From: an uncultured Chloroflexia bacterium | GTDB taxonomy: Bacteria; Chloroflexota; Limnocylindria; Limnocylindrales; CSP1-4 | Reading direction: 5' to 3' | Length of the DNA: 64,000 nt | Assembly: GCA_963727055.1 (NCBI GenBank) | Contig: CAVSEN010000002.1 | Coordinates: 736,199 to 800,198 of the forward strand | The notes under the pieces: model-generated | The model's database searches: none | The model's input: the letters and a program-made list of their open reading frames with translations, nothing else | What the model was told of the DNA's origin: nothing | Part shown: piece after piece, positions 1 through 9,758 of the stretch | How positions within the stretch are numbered: the stretch's first letter is position 1 | Layout of the letters: each line of letters begins with the position of its first letter | Program-made: the position numbers and the translations under genes

Positions 1-1796
1 CACTGCCCCGGACTCGGCTCCGCTCAGCCCGATCTGTCAGGCCCGGATGCGCTTCCCCGGCGCGCCGGTGGCCGGCGGTCACGAGCTGCTCGGAACCCTG
101 CTGGAGGCCGCTCGAAACGGCCTCGACCGAGGTCGTGGTGTCGATCTCGGCGGCGTCCTTGTCGGGCCGCAGCCGGGCGATCCGCGGGAAGCGCAGCGAG
201 AAGCCCGAGCTGTGGCGGTTCGAGCGGACGATCACGTCGAAGGCGACCTCGACCACGACCGTCGGCTCGACCTCGCGGTAGCGGCCGAAGCGGGCCGGAG
301 GTGTGGGCCTCGAACCAGCGCGGTCATCTCGGCGATCTCGGCGTCGGTCAGCCCGCTGTAGGCCTTGCCGATCGTGACCAGCCGGTCGCTCGCGTCGTCG
401 CGGACCGCGAACGTGTAGTCGGACAGGACGCCGTGGCGCTTGCCGTGGCCAACCTCGACGCCGACGACGACGCAGTCGAGCGTCGCCAGGGCCTTCTTCA
501 TCTTCAGCCAGCCCAGCCCGCGCCGGCCGGGTGAGTAGGGGCTGGCCGGGTCCTTGACCATGAGCCCCTCGTTGCGCCGCGCGCGGGCTGCTCGAAGCGC
601 CGACTCGAGCTCCTCGGCCGAGTCGACCGTGACGAGGTGGGACGAGGCGAACCGGCCGCCAGCGTCGGCGAGCGGCAGGTCCGAGCGCTTCGAGCCGCGC
701 CGGCGGCGCTCGGCGCAGTGGCCGGTCGAGGAGCGGCTCGACCCGCGGCTCGGTCCCGTCGACGCCCGGCGCGGCCAGGGCCAGCACGTCGAAGGCGACG
801 TAGATCGACGGGCACCTCGGCCTGGATCGCGGCCGACGGCGCCTTGCGGCCGAGCCGCTTCTGGAGCGCGAGGAACGGCAGCACCGTCCCGTCGCGATAG
901 GCGAGGATCTCGCCGTCGAGGATGCCGTCCCAGCCCAGCCCGCGCGCGCCGGCGACGATCTCGGGGAACTGGCCGCTGATGTCGTGCAGGTCGCGGCTGT
1001 AGAGGCGGACGTCGCGCCCGGCCCGGTGGAGCTGGGCCCGGATCCCGTCGTACTTGTCCTCGACCCAGACCGTCGGCCCGAGCCGGCCGATGATCTCGGC
1101 GGCATCCTCGGCCGGCGAGGCGAGCATGAACTTGAGCGGGTGGAAGAGCGGCGAGCTCGGCGCTCGACGAGGCGATCCGTCGCGGGCGAGCACGGCCGTC
1201 CGGCCGACGTCGCCGGTCAGCATCCCGGCCCGCTTGACGTCGTCGAGCGGCGCTCGAATGCCTGGGCGATGGCGGCCTCGAGCGAGCCCCTCCCGGAGCC
1301 CGATGCGGAGGTCGCCGGTCAGGACCTTGACGACGTAGCTTCGCGGTCAGCGGGTCGCACCGCCCGAGCAGTCGCCGCAAGACGGTCGGCCTTGCGCCTG
1401 CGGACCGATGGCCTGCTCGATCGGCGGCGAACGCGGCGGCGACCTCGGCGAGGCTCGGTGGCTCGACCGGCGCCGGCGCCGGCCACTGGCCTGGCGCGGT
1501 CGCAGCGAGGACGTCGGCGACGGCCAGGCCAAGGTCCGAGTAGCGGTCGTAGGCGTCGCCGAGGGCGTCGGCGGGACGTCGGCGAGCTCCGCGACGGCGC
1601 CCGCGATCGCCGCCCAGCCGAGGCCGGTCGTCCGGCTGGTCGGCCTCGGCGAACGGGCGGCCGGTCAGGAAGACGGCCGCGATCGGCCAGCTCGTCGGCG
1701 TCCGAGCGTCCGGAGGTAGTCGGCGAGGAGGCGGGTCTTCTCGGACGTCCGCGTCGTGGCCGCGACCCGCTCGGCGACCTCGCTCCAGCGGCGCAT
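1..1796 (-). pseudogene. ATP-dependent DNA ligase (LigB/LigC-like), reading frame broken many times; 3' end not resolved inside the window
   Basis: ATG at 1796 gives MRRWSEVAERVAATTRTSEKTRLLADYL. Adenylation block WVEDKYDGIRAQLH lies in ORF 504..1223. LMVKDPASPYSPGRRGLGWLKMKK lies in ORF 232..1899. The OB-fold end VVVEVAFDVIVRSNRHSSGFSLRFPRIARLRPDK appears only by hand translation of ~60..300 in another frame. At least 6-7 frame changes are needed to join the blocks. Confidence 0.8.
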
Positions 1797-2505
1797 GGCG
1801 GGCGATGGTATACCGTCCCCTCGATGCTCCACCGCAGCTTGGTTCCCGGAGCGACTGACGGGCGACCGGGTCGTCCTGCAGCGTCACGTCGCCGGGCAAC
1901 CTGGCGGCGTTCCAGCGCTGGTATGCCGATCCCGAGGTCGCCCGGCTGACGCGCTACCAGGACGGGCCGATGCGCGGCCGACGAGATCGAGCGCTTCTTC
2001 CAGGCCCGGGTCCTGGGCCCCGATTCGCTGGCGATGGCGATCCACGAGCGGGCCACCGACCGCCTCCTCGGGACGTGCGCCTTCAGCCAGCTCGACGGCG
2101 AGAACGGCTCGGCCCTCTACCACATCACGATCGGCGAGAAGGACGCCTGGGGCAAGGGCTTCGGCACCGAGGCGACCCGGCTGATGGTCGAGCACGCGTT
2201 CGAGCGGCTCGGGCTGCACCGCATCGCGCTGAGCGTGTTCGCGTTCAACGAGCGGGCGATCCGGGCCTACCGGCGGGCCGGCTTCGTGATCGAGGGCCGG
2301 GCGCGGGAGGCGATCCGGCGCGACGGCCGCTGGTGGGACGAGGTCGCGATGAGCATCCTCGAGCAGCGACTGGCGGGCGCAGGTCGCGGCGGGCTCGACG
2401 GGCGTGGCGACGGACGCCGCCGGCCCGGCCGAGGACGATGCGCCGCTGACCGACCCGGCCACCGGTCGGGCCGTCGACCAGCCGACGATCGAGCGGATCC
2501 GCTGA
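1795..2505 (+). pseudogene. GNAT (RimJ/RimL-like) N-acetyltransferase, about three frame breaks (~1893, ~1975, ~2375)
   Basis: FPERLTGDRVVLQRHVAG, then NLAAFQRWYADPEVARLTRYQDGPMR, then ADEIERFFQARVLGPDSLAMAIHERATDRLLGTCAFSQLD...GKGFGTEATRLMVEHAFERLGLHRIALSVFAFNERAIRAYRRAGF lie in three frames. After ILEQ a shifted frame gives DWRAQVAAGS...TIERIR and a stop at 2505. The start is uncertain. Confidence 0.65.
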
Positions 2506-2507
2506 CC

Positions 2508-2810
2508 ATGTCCGACGACGGGCCTGGGGGGCGACCGAGCCGTGGGCCCGCCGCGGAGGCGGCCCGGGCGGACTTCCGCACGGCGATGGAGGCCAAGGGC
2601 CACGCGGTGGACAACGCCCGGGCCGCTGCGGCGGGCCTCGAGGCGGCATTCGCCTCGGGTGCGCTCGTGCGCACCGCCCCGCTCGACCAGATGCTCGGCG
2701 ACCTCGCCCTGGCCCTGGAGCAGGACGACGGCCAGAAGCTCGGCGGCAAGAGCGCCGAGGCAGCCCGGTTCATCCTCCGAGCCATCTCGCGCGAGCTGGA
2801 TCGCGCCTGA
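2508..2810 (+). CDS. hypothetical 100-aa protein
   Basis: ATG sits 2 nt after the predicted GNAT stop. MSDDGPGG...FILRAISRELDRA has protein-like composition. I recognise no family. Confidence 0.4.
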   Translation: MSDDGPGGRPSRGPAAEAARADFRTAMEAKGHAVDNARAAAAGLEAAFASGALVRTAPLDQMLGDLALALEQDDGQKLGGKSAEAARFILRAISRELDRA

Positions 2811-3295
2811 CCGCTCGGTCCGCGGCCGCAGCCGGCATTCGGTGGCGGTTCGGGGTCCCGTGGCGGCAAGCCGCGCGGGATTGGCCCGCGTTCGGTGGTT
2901 GTTCCGGGTGTCGCCGTCCTGGCCCGATCGATTTCTTCGTAGATGGTCGCTGCCCGCACATGAACAGCCTCAAGGCTCAACGACCGCCTGGCAAACCGCC
3001 CTCGGTGCTCCGGCGGAGCACAGCCGAAGCACGAATCCAGGCTCGTTAGTCATCGAAGATCGACGGCCGGACCCTGAGCCCTTCCGATACGCTCGCAGCG
3101 ACCATGTACGAAGAACGCGCGGGCACAAGCCGAGACGCGCGACCGCTTCCGCCACGAGCGCGAGCTACGACGGTCGGGGCGCCGTGCGGCGGGGCCTGGG
3201 CGACGCCGCGGCCGCGCCAGGCCGAGGACATGGAACCGAGCCAGGATCGGCGATACTTGAGCCTCCCCAGGCGGCCCTAGCGGAGAACTCGACCA

Positions 3296-4241
3296 ATGAC
3301 CGAGATCAAGTGCGGAATCCTGCCGTGGAGTCAGGCCACGAGCTGGCCGGAGATGCTCGAGACAGCCCGGCGGGTCGATCGAGCTCGGCTACGACAGCGT
3401 GTGGGCCTGGGACCACCTCTACGCGATCTTCGGCGACCCGTACCAGCCGATCTTCGAGGGCTGGTCGACCCTGGCCGCCTGGGCCGTGGCCACCAAGCGG
3501 GTCCGACTGGGCCTGCTGGTCGGGGCCAACACGTTCCGCAACCCGGGCATCGTGGCCAAGAGCGCGGCGACGCTCGACCACATCAGCAACGGCCGGGCGA
3601 TCCTGGGCATCGGCGGCGCCTGGATGGAGCCCGAGCACATCGCCCACGGGATCGACTTCGGATCAGGCTTCGGCCAGCGGCTCGACTGGCTCGACGAGGC
3701 GGTCGCGGCGATCCGGCCGCTGCTCGACGGCCAGACCGTCAGCTCCGCCCCGGGCGGCCACTACGCGTTCAACGAGCTCCGCCATCACCCGCTGCCGATC
3801 CAGGCCCACCTGCCGATCATGATCGGCGGGACCGGCGAGAAGAAGACGCTGCGCACCGTGGCCCGCTACGCCGACCAGTGGAACGCGATGGGTCCGGTCG
3901 ACTTCATCGCCCACAAGGTCGAGGTCCTGCGCGGCCACTGCGACGCCGTCGGGCGGGACATCGCCGAGATCGAGTTCACGCTCGGGGTCAAGCTGACGAT
4001 TCGCGACAGCCAGGCCGAGGCCGAGCGGGTGATGCACGCAGCCCTCGAGCACAACCGGACGCCCTGGTCCGAGGTCGAGGACGACGACACGTTCTGGTGC
4101 GGCACGCCTGCCCAGATCGCAGACCGCCTCCGGCCGTACGTGGACCTCGGGTTCAGGACGGTCCTGTCGGAGCAACCGGCGCCGCACGACCGGGAGACGA
4201 TCGAGCGCTTCATCGGCGAGGTGAAGCCCCTCCTCGCCTGA
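3296..4241 (+). pseudogene. LLM-class F420-dependent oxidoreductase, one frame break near 3380
   Basis: MTEIKCGILPWSQATSWPEMLETARRVD continues in the next frame as ELGYDSVWAWDHLYAIFGDPYQPIFEGW... It is collinear with the paralog at 4272. Length is 3n+1, consistent with one extra base. Confidence 0.8.
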
Positions 4242-4271
4242 GGCGGCGGCTGGCCGACACGGGAGAGCGCG

Positions 4272-5220
4272 ATGGGTGGCGTCTCGCTCGGGGTGGTGCC
4301 CTGGAGCCAGGCTGCCTCGTGGCCCGAGATGCTCGATGTCGCCGAACGCGCCGAGGCCCTCGGCTACGACCACCTGTGGACCTGGGATCACCTGTACGCC
4401 ATCTACGGTGACCCGGACCAGGCCGTCTTCGAGGGCTGGACGACGATCGCGGCCTGGGCGATGGCCACTCGGCGGATCCGGATCGGCCTGCTCGTCGACG
4501 CCAACACGACCCGCAACCCGGGCATCGTCGCCAAGAGCGCGGCAACCCTCGACCACATCAGCGGTGGGCGGGCGATCCTGGGCCTCGGTGCGGGCTGGCA
4601 CGAGCTCGAGCACCGCGCCTTTGGAATCGACTTCGGCGCCAGCGTCGGCCAGCGCCTCGACTGGCTGGACGAGGCGACCGGAGCGATCCGGGACCTGCTC
4701 GACGGCCGCTCCGTGACCTCGCCGACCGGCGGTCACTACGCCTTCGCCGACCTGCGCCACGCACCGGCCCCCATCCAGGCCCACCTGCCGATCATGATCG
4801 GCGGGGGTGGCGAGAAGAAGACGCTGCGGACGGTCGCCCGCTACGCCGACTTGTGGAACGTCAGCGGGACGCCGGCCCAGCTTGGCCACAAGGCCGAGGT
4901 CCTGCGCGGCCACTGCGCGGACGTCGGGCGCGACATCGCCGGGATCCAGTTCAGCCTGTCGGTCACCCTGGCGATCCGGGATACGGCTGCCCAGGCCGAA
5001 GCCGCCATGCGCGCGGCGATCGCCCGCAACCGGACGCCGTGGTCGAAGGTCGCCGACGACGAGCTGTTCATGTCCGGATCGCCGGCCGAGATCGCCAACC
5101 GCCTCCGGCCGTATGTCGAACTCGGCTTCCGGACGCATCCTGGCGGAGCAGCCGGCGCCGTTCGACGTCGAGACGCTCGAGCGCTTCATCGGCGAGGTCG
5201 GGCCGCTCCTGGCCGGCTGA
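4272..5220 (+). pseudogene. LLM-class F420-dependent oxidoreductase (tandem paralog), one frame break near 5129
   Basis: MGGVSLGVVPWSQAASWPEMLDVAERAEALGYDHLWTWDHLYAIYGDPDQ... reads through to ELGFRT. The C-terminus ILAEQPAPFDVETLERFIGEVGPLLAG lies in the next frame. Length is 3n+1. Confidence 0.8.
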
Positions 5221-5289
5221 CCGGACCGGCGGGCTCAACACCCGGGCTGGCTGACCGACCAACGCGAGCGTGGTTGCTATCCTGCCGCG

Positions 5290-6507
5290 ATGGAGGCAAG
5301 CCACGCGGTCGCGGCGACGGTCGAGTTCGACCACGTCAGCAAGGTCTACGGGCCGGTCCCCGCCAAGTCCCGCGGCAGCGCCCCGGGCGCGGTCAATGAC
5401 CTGTCCCTGGCGATCCCCGCGGGCGCGATCTGCGTCCTCGTCGGGCCGTCGGGCTGCGGCAAGACCACCTCGCTCAAGATGGTCAACCGGCTCATCGAGC
5501 CGACCTCGGGCCGGATCCTCCTCGACGGCGTGGATGCCGCCGGCCGGGACCGGACCGAGCTCCGCCGGGGAATCGGCTACGTGATCCAGCAGACCGGCCT
5601 CTTCCCGCACGAGACGATCCTCGACAACGTCGGTACCGTGCCCCGCCTCCTCGGCTGGCCGGCCGCCCGGATCCGGGCCCGCTCCGAGGAGCTCCTGGCC
5701 CTTGTCGGGCTCGAGCCGGCACGCTACGCCAGCCGCTTCCCGAGCCAGCTGTCGGGCGGCGAGCGACAGCGGGTCGGCGTGGCCCGGGCGCTCGGCGCGG
5801 ACCCGCCGATCATGCTGATGGACGAGCCGTTCGGGGCGGTCGACCCGATCGTCCGCGAACGGCTCCAGGACGAGCTCCTCCGACTCCAGGAGGAGCTGGC
5901 CAAGACCATCCTGTTCGTGACCCACGACATCGACGAGGCGATCAAGATGGGCGACCTCGTCGCCGTCTACCAGCAAGGCGGCCACCTCGCCCAGTTCGGG
6001 ACGCCGGCCGAGCTGCTGGCCACCCCGGCCTCGGACTTCGTCGCCCGTTTCGTCGGTGCGGACCGCGGCCTGAAGCGCCTTTCGCTCAGCCGGGTGCGCG
6101 ACCTCGACATCCGCCCGGCGGTCACCGGCCGGATCGGCGAGCCGGCGATCGAGGCCCGGCGCCGGGCGGCCGCCGATCCCTTCCCGTACCTGCTCCTGGT
6201 CGACGCCGAAGATCGGCCGGTGGGCTGGCTGCCGGACAAGGACATTCCCACCGACGGCCTGTTGGCCGAGGCGATGGCCGTCCCAATGTCGCCGATCCTG
6301 GCGCTCGAGATGACCCTCAAGGACGCGCTCTCGATGATGCTCGACGCCAATGTCCAGGCCGGGATCGCCGTCGACCGGGCAGGCCGTGTGCTGGGCCTGG
6401 TCACGACCGACCTGATCGCGACGTACCTGCGCGAAAGCGGCCCCCTGGGCGGCACGAATCCGGCCGCACCGCCGCCCGCTGACCCGGCTCCGGCAGCCGG
6501 CGGATGA
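5290..6507 (+). CDS. osmoprotectant (glycine betaine/choline type) ABC transporter ATP-binding protein with C-terminal CBS pair
   Basis: Walker A GPSGCGKTT, signature LSGGERQRV and Walker B IMLMDEPFGAVD are present. The CBS-like tail is typical of OpuCA/OpuBA/ProV. TATCCT lies 6 nt upstream of the ATG. Confidence 0.9.
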   Translation: MEASHAVAATVEFDHVSKVYGPVPAKSRGSAPGAVNDLSLAIPAGAICVLVGPSGCGKTTSLKMVNRLIEPTSGRILLDGVDAAGRDRTELRRGIGYVIQQTGLFPHETILDNVGTVPRLLGWPAARIRARSEELLALVGLEPARYASRFPSQLSGGERQRVGVARALGADPPIMLMDEPFGAVDPIVRERLQDELLRLQEELAKTILFVTHDIDEAIKMGDLVAVYQQGGHLAQFGTPAELLATPASDFVARFVGADRGLKRLSLSRVRDLDIRPAVTGRIGEPAIEARRRAAADPFPYLLLVDAEDRPVGWLPDKDIPTDGLLAEAMAVPMSPILALEMTLKDALSMMLDANVQAGIAVDRAGRVLGLVTTDLIATYLRESGPLGGTNPAAPPPADPAPAAGG

Positions 6508-7202
6508 TCGACTGGAGCTGGGTCGGCGACCACCTGGGAGCGATCCTCAGCCGGACGATCCAGCACCTCGAGCTGGCCGCGATCGCAGTGTCGCTCGGCT
6601 TCGTCCTGTCGTTCGGGCTGGCGCTCCTCGCCCTCTCGCGACGGCCGACCTACCCGTTCATCAGCGGGCTGGCGGGCATCCTCTACACGATCCCGAGCCT
6701 GGCCGTCTTCGCCACCCTCGTCTCGATCACCGGCCTGACGATCCAGACGGCCGAGATCCCGCTGATCATGTACACCCTGGTCATCCTCGTCCGAAACATC
6801 GTGGCCGGCTTCGAGTCGGCTCCGGCCGACGTGCTGGATGCGGCCAACGGCATGGGCTACAGCCGCTGGCGCCGATTCCGGGCGATCGAGCTGCCCCTGG
6901 CCGTGCCCCTGATCGTGGCCGGGCTGCGCCTGGCGAGCGTCTCGACGATCGGCCTGGTGACCGTCTCGGCAACCCTCGGCGATGCCTTCGGCGGGCTCGG
7001 CTTCTTCATCCTGGAGGGCTATAACCGCGGCTTCCCGACCGAGATCCTGAGCGGAGCCGTACCGTCGATCCTGTTGGCGATCGCCGTCGACGTCGTGTTC
7101 GTCCAGGTCCAGCACCGGCTGACGCCGTGGATCGCGGCGGAGCCCGGTCAGGATGGCGGCGCAGAGCGCCTCGTGCCGGGCGACGGGCTGGCGCTCGGAT
7201 GA
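6504..7202 (+). CDS. ABC transporter permease (OpuCB/ProW-like)
   Basis: Polytopic membrane protein. Its start overlaps the ATPase stop. Confidence 0.85.
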   Translation: MIDWSWVGDHLGAILSRTIQHLELAAIAVSLGFVLSFGLALLALSRRPTYPFISGLAGILYTIPSLAVFATLVSITGLTIQTAEIPLIMYTLVILVRNIVAGFESAPADVLDAANGMGYSRWRRFRAIELPLAVPLIVAGLRLASVSTIGLVTVSATLGDAFGGLGFFILEGYNRGFPTEILSGAVPSILLAIAVDVVFVQVQHRLTPWIAAEPGQDGGAERLVPGDGLALG

Positions 7203-7894
7203 TCAGCTGGCTGCTCGATCCGGCAAACTGGTCCGGCCCGAGCGGAATCCCGGTCCGGCTCGAGGAGCAGATCGGGATCTCGGCGATCTCGCTCCTGATC
7301 GCCGCCGCGATCGCCCTGCCCGTCGGGCTGTGGATCGGCCATACCGGTCGCGGGGCGACGCTGGCGGTCAACCTGGCCAACGTCGGCCGGGCGATCCCGT
7401 CCTTCGCCGCGATTGGGATCGTCCTCCCGTTCACCCAGGCGATCGACCCGCAGCTCGGGTTCAAGGTCTACCCCACGCTCGTGGCGATGGTGATCCTCGC
7501 CCTGCCGCCGATCCTCGTGAATGCCTATGCGGGCGTGGCCGGCGTCGATCGGGAGCTGGTCGAGGCGGCCCGCGGGATGGGCTTTCGGGAGCGCCAGATC
7601 CTGGTCCAGGTCGAGGCCCCGATCGCCCTGCCGGTGATCGCCGGCGGCCTTCGCTCGGCGACCGTGCAGGTCATCGCCACGGCGACGCTCGGGGCGATCT
7701 TCGGCTTCGGCGGCCTGGGCACCTACCTCGTCTTCGGCGTCGCCCAGAGGAACGACGGGATGCTCCTGGGTGGGGTCTTCCTGGTCGCCGCGCTCGCGCT
7801 CCTGGCCGAAGGCGGCTTCGCCCTCCTCCAGCGGCTGCTCACCTCGCCGGGCCTCCGGCTGGCCGCCTCATCCGACGGGGCGCCGGCCGCGTAA
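7199..7894 (+). CDS. ABC transporter permease (OpuCD-like)
   Basis: ATGA overlap with the previous stop. MISWLLDPANWSGPSGIPVRLEEQ... is polytopic. The longer ORF from 7127 is rejected. Confidence 0.85.
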   Translation: MISWLLDPANWSGPSGIPVRLEEQIGISAISLLIAAAIALPVGLWIGHTGRGATLAVNLANVGRAIPSFAAIGIVLPFTQAIDPQLGFKVYPTLVAMVILALPPILVNAYAGVAGVDRELVEAARGMGFRERQILVQVEAPIALPVIAGGLRSATVQVIATATLGAIFGFGGLGTYLVFGVAQRNDGMLLGGVFLVAALALLAEGGFALLQRLLTSPGLRLAASSDGAPAA

Positions 7895-7998
7895 GCCCTT
7901 CCAGGCGGAGGGCATTCCTGACGGTTCCTGCCGACCCCGCTGGTATAGTCGGTCGGCCCGACGCCGCCCACCAGGGTGGCGCGCAAGCTAGAGGAGGC

Positions 7999-8916
7999 AA
8001 ACCCACAATGCGGCTGAACCGCGTGCTCGCCCTCGGGGCGACGATGCTGGTGCTCCTGGGCGCCTGCTCGTCGGGAGGGGGCAGCAAGCCCACGATCAAG
8101 ATCGGATCCGACGGATTCTACGAATCCAAGCTGATGGCCGAGATCTATGGCCAGGCCCTCGAGGCCAACGGCTACACCGTCGACCGGACGGGGATCGGGA
8201 TCGGGACCCGCAAGGTCTCCGCGCCGGCCCTCGAGAGCGGCCAGTTCGACCTCAAGCCCGAATACATCGGCAGCGGCCTGGCCTACTACGAGCCCGGCAA
8301 GCAGACCGGCGACCCGAAGGCCAACCAGACCGAGCTCCAGAACGTCCTGAACGGCAAGGGCGGCGGGATCACGGTCCTCGACTACTCGCCGGCCGCCGAC
8401 CAGAACGCGTTCGTCGTCCGCAAGGAGACGGCCAATTCGCTCCACCTCACGAAGATGAGCGACCTGACCGCCGTCCAGGGCCAACTGAAGTTCGGGGTGG
8501 CCACCGACTGCCCGACCAACCCGGTCTGCGGCGCCGCGCTCCAGTCCGCCTACGGCCTCGACCTGTCGAAGGCAACCCTCCTCTCCGCCTGCGACACGCC
8601 GATGGCCCAGGCCCTCCTGGGCAAGACGATCGACGTCGGCGAGCTGTGCTCGACCCAGCCCGACATCGCCGTCAACGGCTGGGTGGTCCTGACCGACGAC
8701 AAGCAGACCCAGCCGGCCGACAACATCGCCCCGCTGGTCCGCAACGACTTCCTCGCCAAGGTCGACAAGGCCTCGTTCGAGAAGATCCTCAACGACGTGT
8801 CGGCCAAGATGGACACCGCGACCCTGACCGACCTGGGCAAGCAGGTCTCGGTCGACAAGAAGGACATCGCCGTCGTGGCCAAGGCCTGGCTGCAGGCGAA
8901 CGGCTTCGTGAAGTAA
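7999..8916 (+). CDS. osmoprotectant ABC substrate-binding lipoprotein (OpuCC-like)
   Basis: GAGGAGG lies 10 nt upstream of the ATG. Signal peptide plus lipobox: MRLNRVLALGATMLVLLGACSS. The body resembles the OpuAC/OpuCC periplasmic domain. Confidence 0.85.
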   Translation, partial: KPTMRLNRVLALGATMLVLLGACSSGGGSKPTIKIGSDGFYESKLMAEIYGQALEANGYTVDRTGIGIGTRKVSAPALESGQFDLKPEYIGSGLAYYEPGKQTGDPKANQTELQNVLNGKGGGITVLDYSPAADQNAFVVRKETANSLHLTKMSDLTAVQGQLKFGVATDCPTNPVCGAALQSAYGLDLSKATLLSACDTPMAQALLGKTIDVGELCSTQPDIAVNGWVVLTDDKQTQPADNIAPLVRNDFLAKVDKASFEKILNDVSAKMDTATLTDLGKQVSVDKKDIAVVAKAWLQANGFVK

Positions 8917-8937
8917 CCGTCGCTCGCGACGCGCGAC

Positions 8938-8964
8938 GAGCCCCCGGCCGTTGGTCGGGGGCTC
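8938..8964 (+). terminator. perfect 9-bp GC stem-loop after the transporter operon (no U tract)
   Basis: GAGCCCCCG-gccgttggt-CGGGGGCTC lies 22 nt after the TAA stop. Confidence 0.45.
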
Positions 8965-9117
8965 GTTGAATTCCGGGTCGACTCCCGGGCCCGGGCCAAG
9001 GTGCGGAGCGCGGGTCTGCACCCGTAGCGCCCGGCGACCGGCCGGTGGTCGGGGGTTCGTTGATTCCGGGCCTTGGCCGAGCGGCCGGCCGGTGGTCGGG
9101 GCTCCTTGATTCCCTGG
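8946..9117. repeat. three degenerate copies of a ~31-nt motif GGCCG(G/T)TGGTCGGGG..TTGA(A)TTCC
   Basis: Copies read by eye at 8946-8977, 9040-9070 and 9087-9117. Confidence 0.6.
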
Positions 9118-9188
9118 CCGAGCGGGGCCGATGGGCCGCGCGGCGGTTTCGACAGGTGACCCGGGTCTACGACTCCTCGGTGCTCCGT

Positions 9189-9366
9189 GCATGAGCATTC
9201 CAGGGGCTACGGAGCCGTAAGCGCCCTGCGCGAGCGTCCAATGCCCCGAACGCCTCCGGAATCGACCGGGCCACGACCGAAACGTGCTCAGATGAGGCCC
9301 GTACGCGGGGGCTCGACTCGTGCCGGCGAGCGTAATTGGCTTCGTTCCCCCTTGGAATGCCCATGC
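9189..9366. repeat. 178-bp element with ~19-bp terminal inverted repeats (MITE-like), copy 1
   Basis: The left end is GCATGAGCATTCCAGGGG. The right end CCCCCTTGGAATGCCCATGC is its near reverse complement. The interior is collinear with 16726-16889. Confidence 0.6.
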
Positions 9367-9369
9367 AGC

Positions 9370-9450
9370 GAGCGCGCCGCTCGTCTGCGCCGGCTCGAAC
9401 GTTGGGAGCGCGCCGCTCGTCTGCGCCGGCTCGAACGTTGGGAGCGCGCG
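9370..9450. repeat. 36-bp tandem repeat, 2.25 copies
   Basis: GAGCGCGCCGCTCGTCTGCGCCGGCTCGAACGTTGG occurs at 9370-9405 and 9406-9441, followed by a partial third copy. Confidence 0.85.
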
Positions 9451-9512
9451 GGGCCTCGTCTCAGCCATGCGCGCCGCCTCGGGGCTTCGCCGGCGCTCCT
9501 TGCCGGCGACAG

Positions 9513-9743
9513 TCAGCCGGCGACCTCGTGGATCGGATCCTGCCTGGGCTTCGAGCAGCCAGGCAGGGCGCAGCGCACCTTGCGCAGGGTGGCGTCGGCC
9601 AGGGCGATCGCCGGGCCGAGCTGGAGGCTCGCCTGGGAGGCACCCGGGGCCAGCCCGGAGCGCGGATCGTCCGGCTCCACGAAGCGATGCGGGCCGCTCG
9701 GGCCGGCCGCCCGCTTGCTGCCCCGAAGTGAACGTCGAGCCAT
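9513..9743 (-). CDS. hypothetical 76-aa protein
   Basis: GGGAGG lies 5 nt upstream of the ATG, 16 nt after the stop of the upstream membrane-protein gene. Third-position GC is high over most of the ORF. I recognise no family. Confidence 0.35.
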   Translation of the reverse strand: MARRSLRGSKRAAGPSGPHRFVEPDDPRSGLAPGASQASLQLGPAIALADATLRKVRCALPGCSKPRQDPIHEVAG

Positions 9744-9758
9744 CGAGAACCTCCCGGT

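Noticed and set aside
7723-9468. 581-aa minus-strand ORF, together with similar long Arg/Pro/Gly/Ala-rich ORFs (for example 24733..26358, 50825..52492, 3663..5189, 18257..19690, 31847..33151).
   Set aside because: They have low-complexity RPGA composition and lie antisense or out of frame to clearly recognisable genes. These are the usual shadow ORFs of a 70% GC genome.
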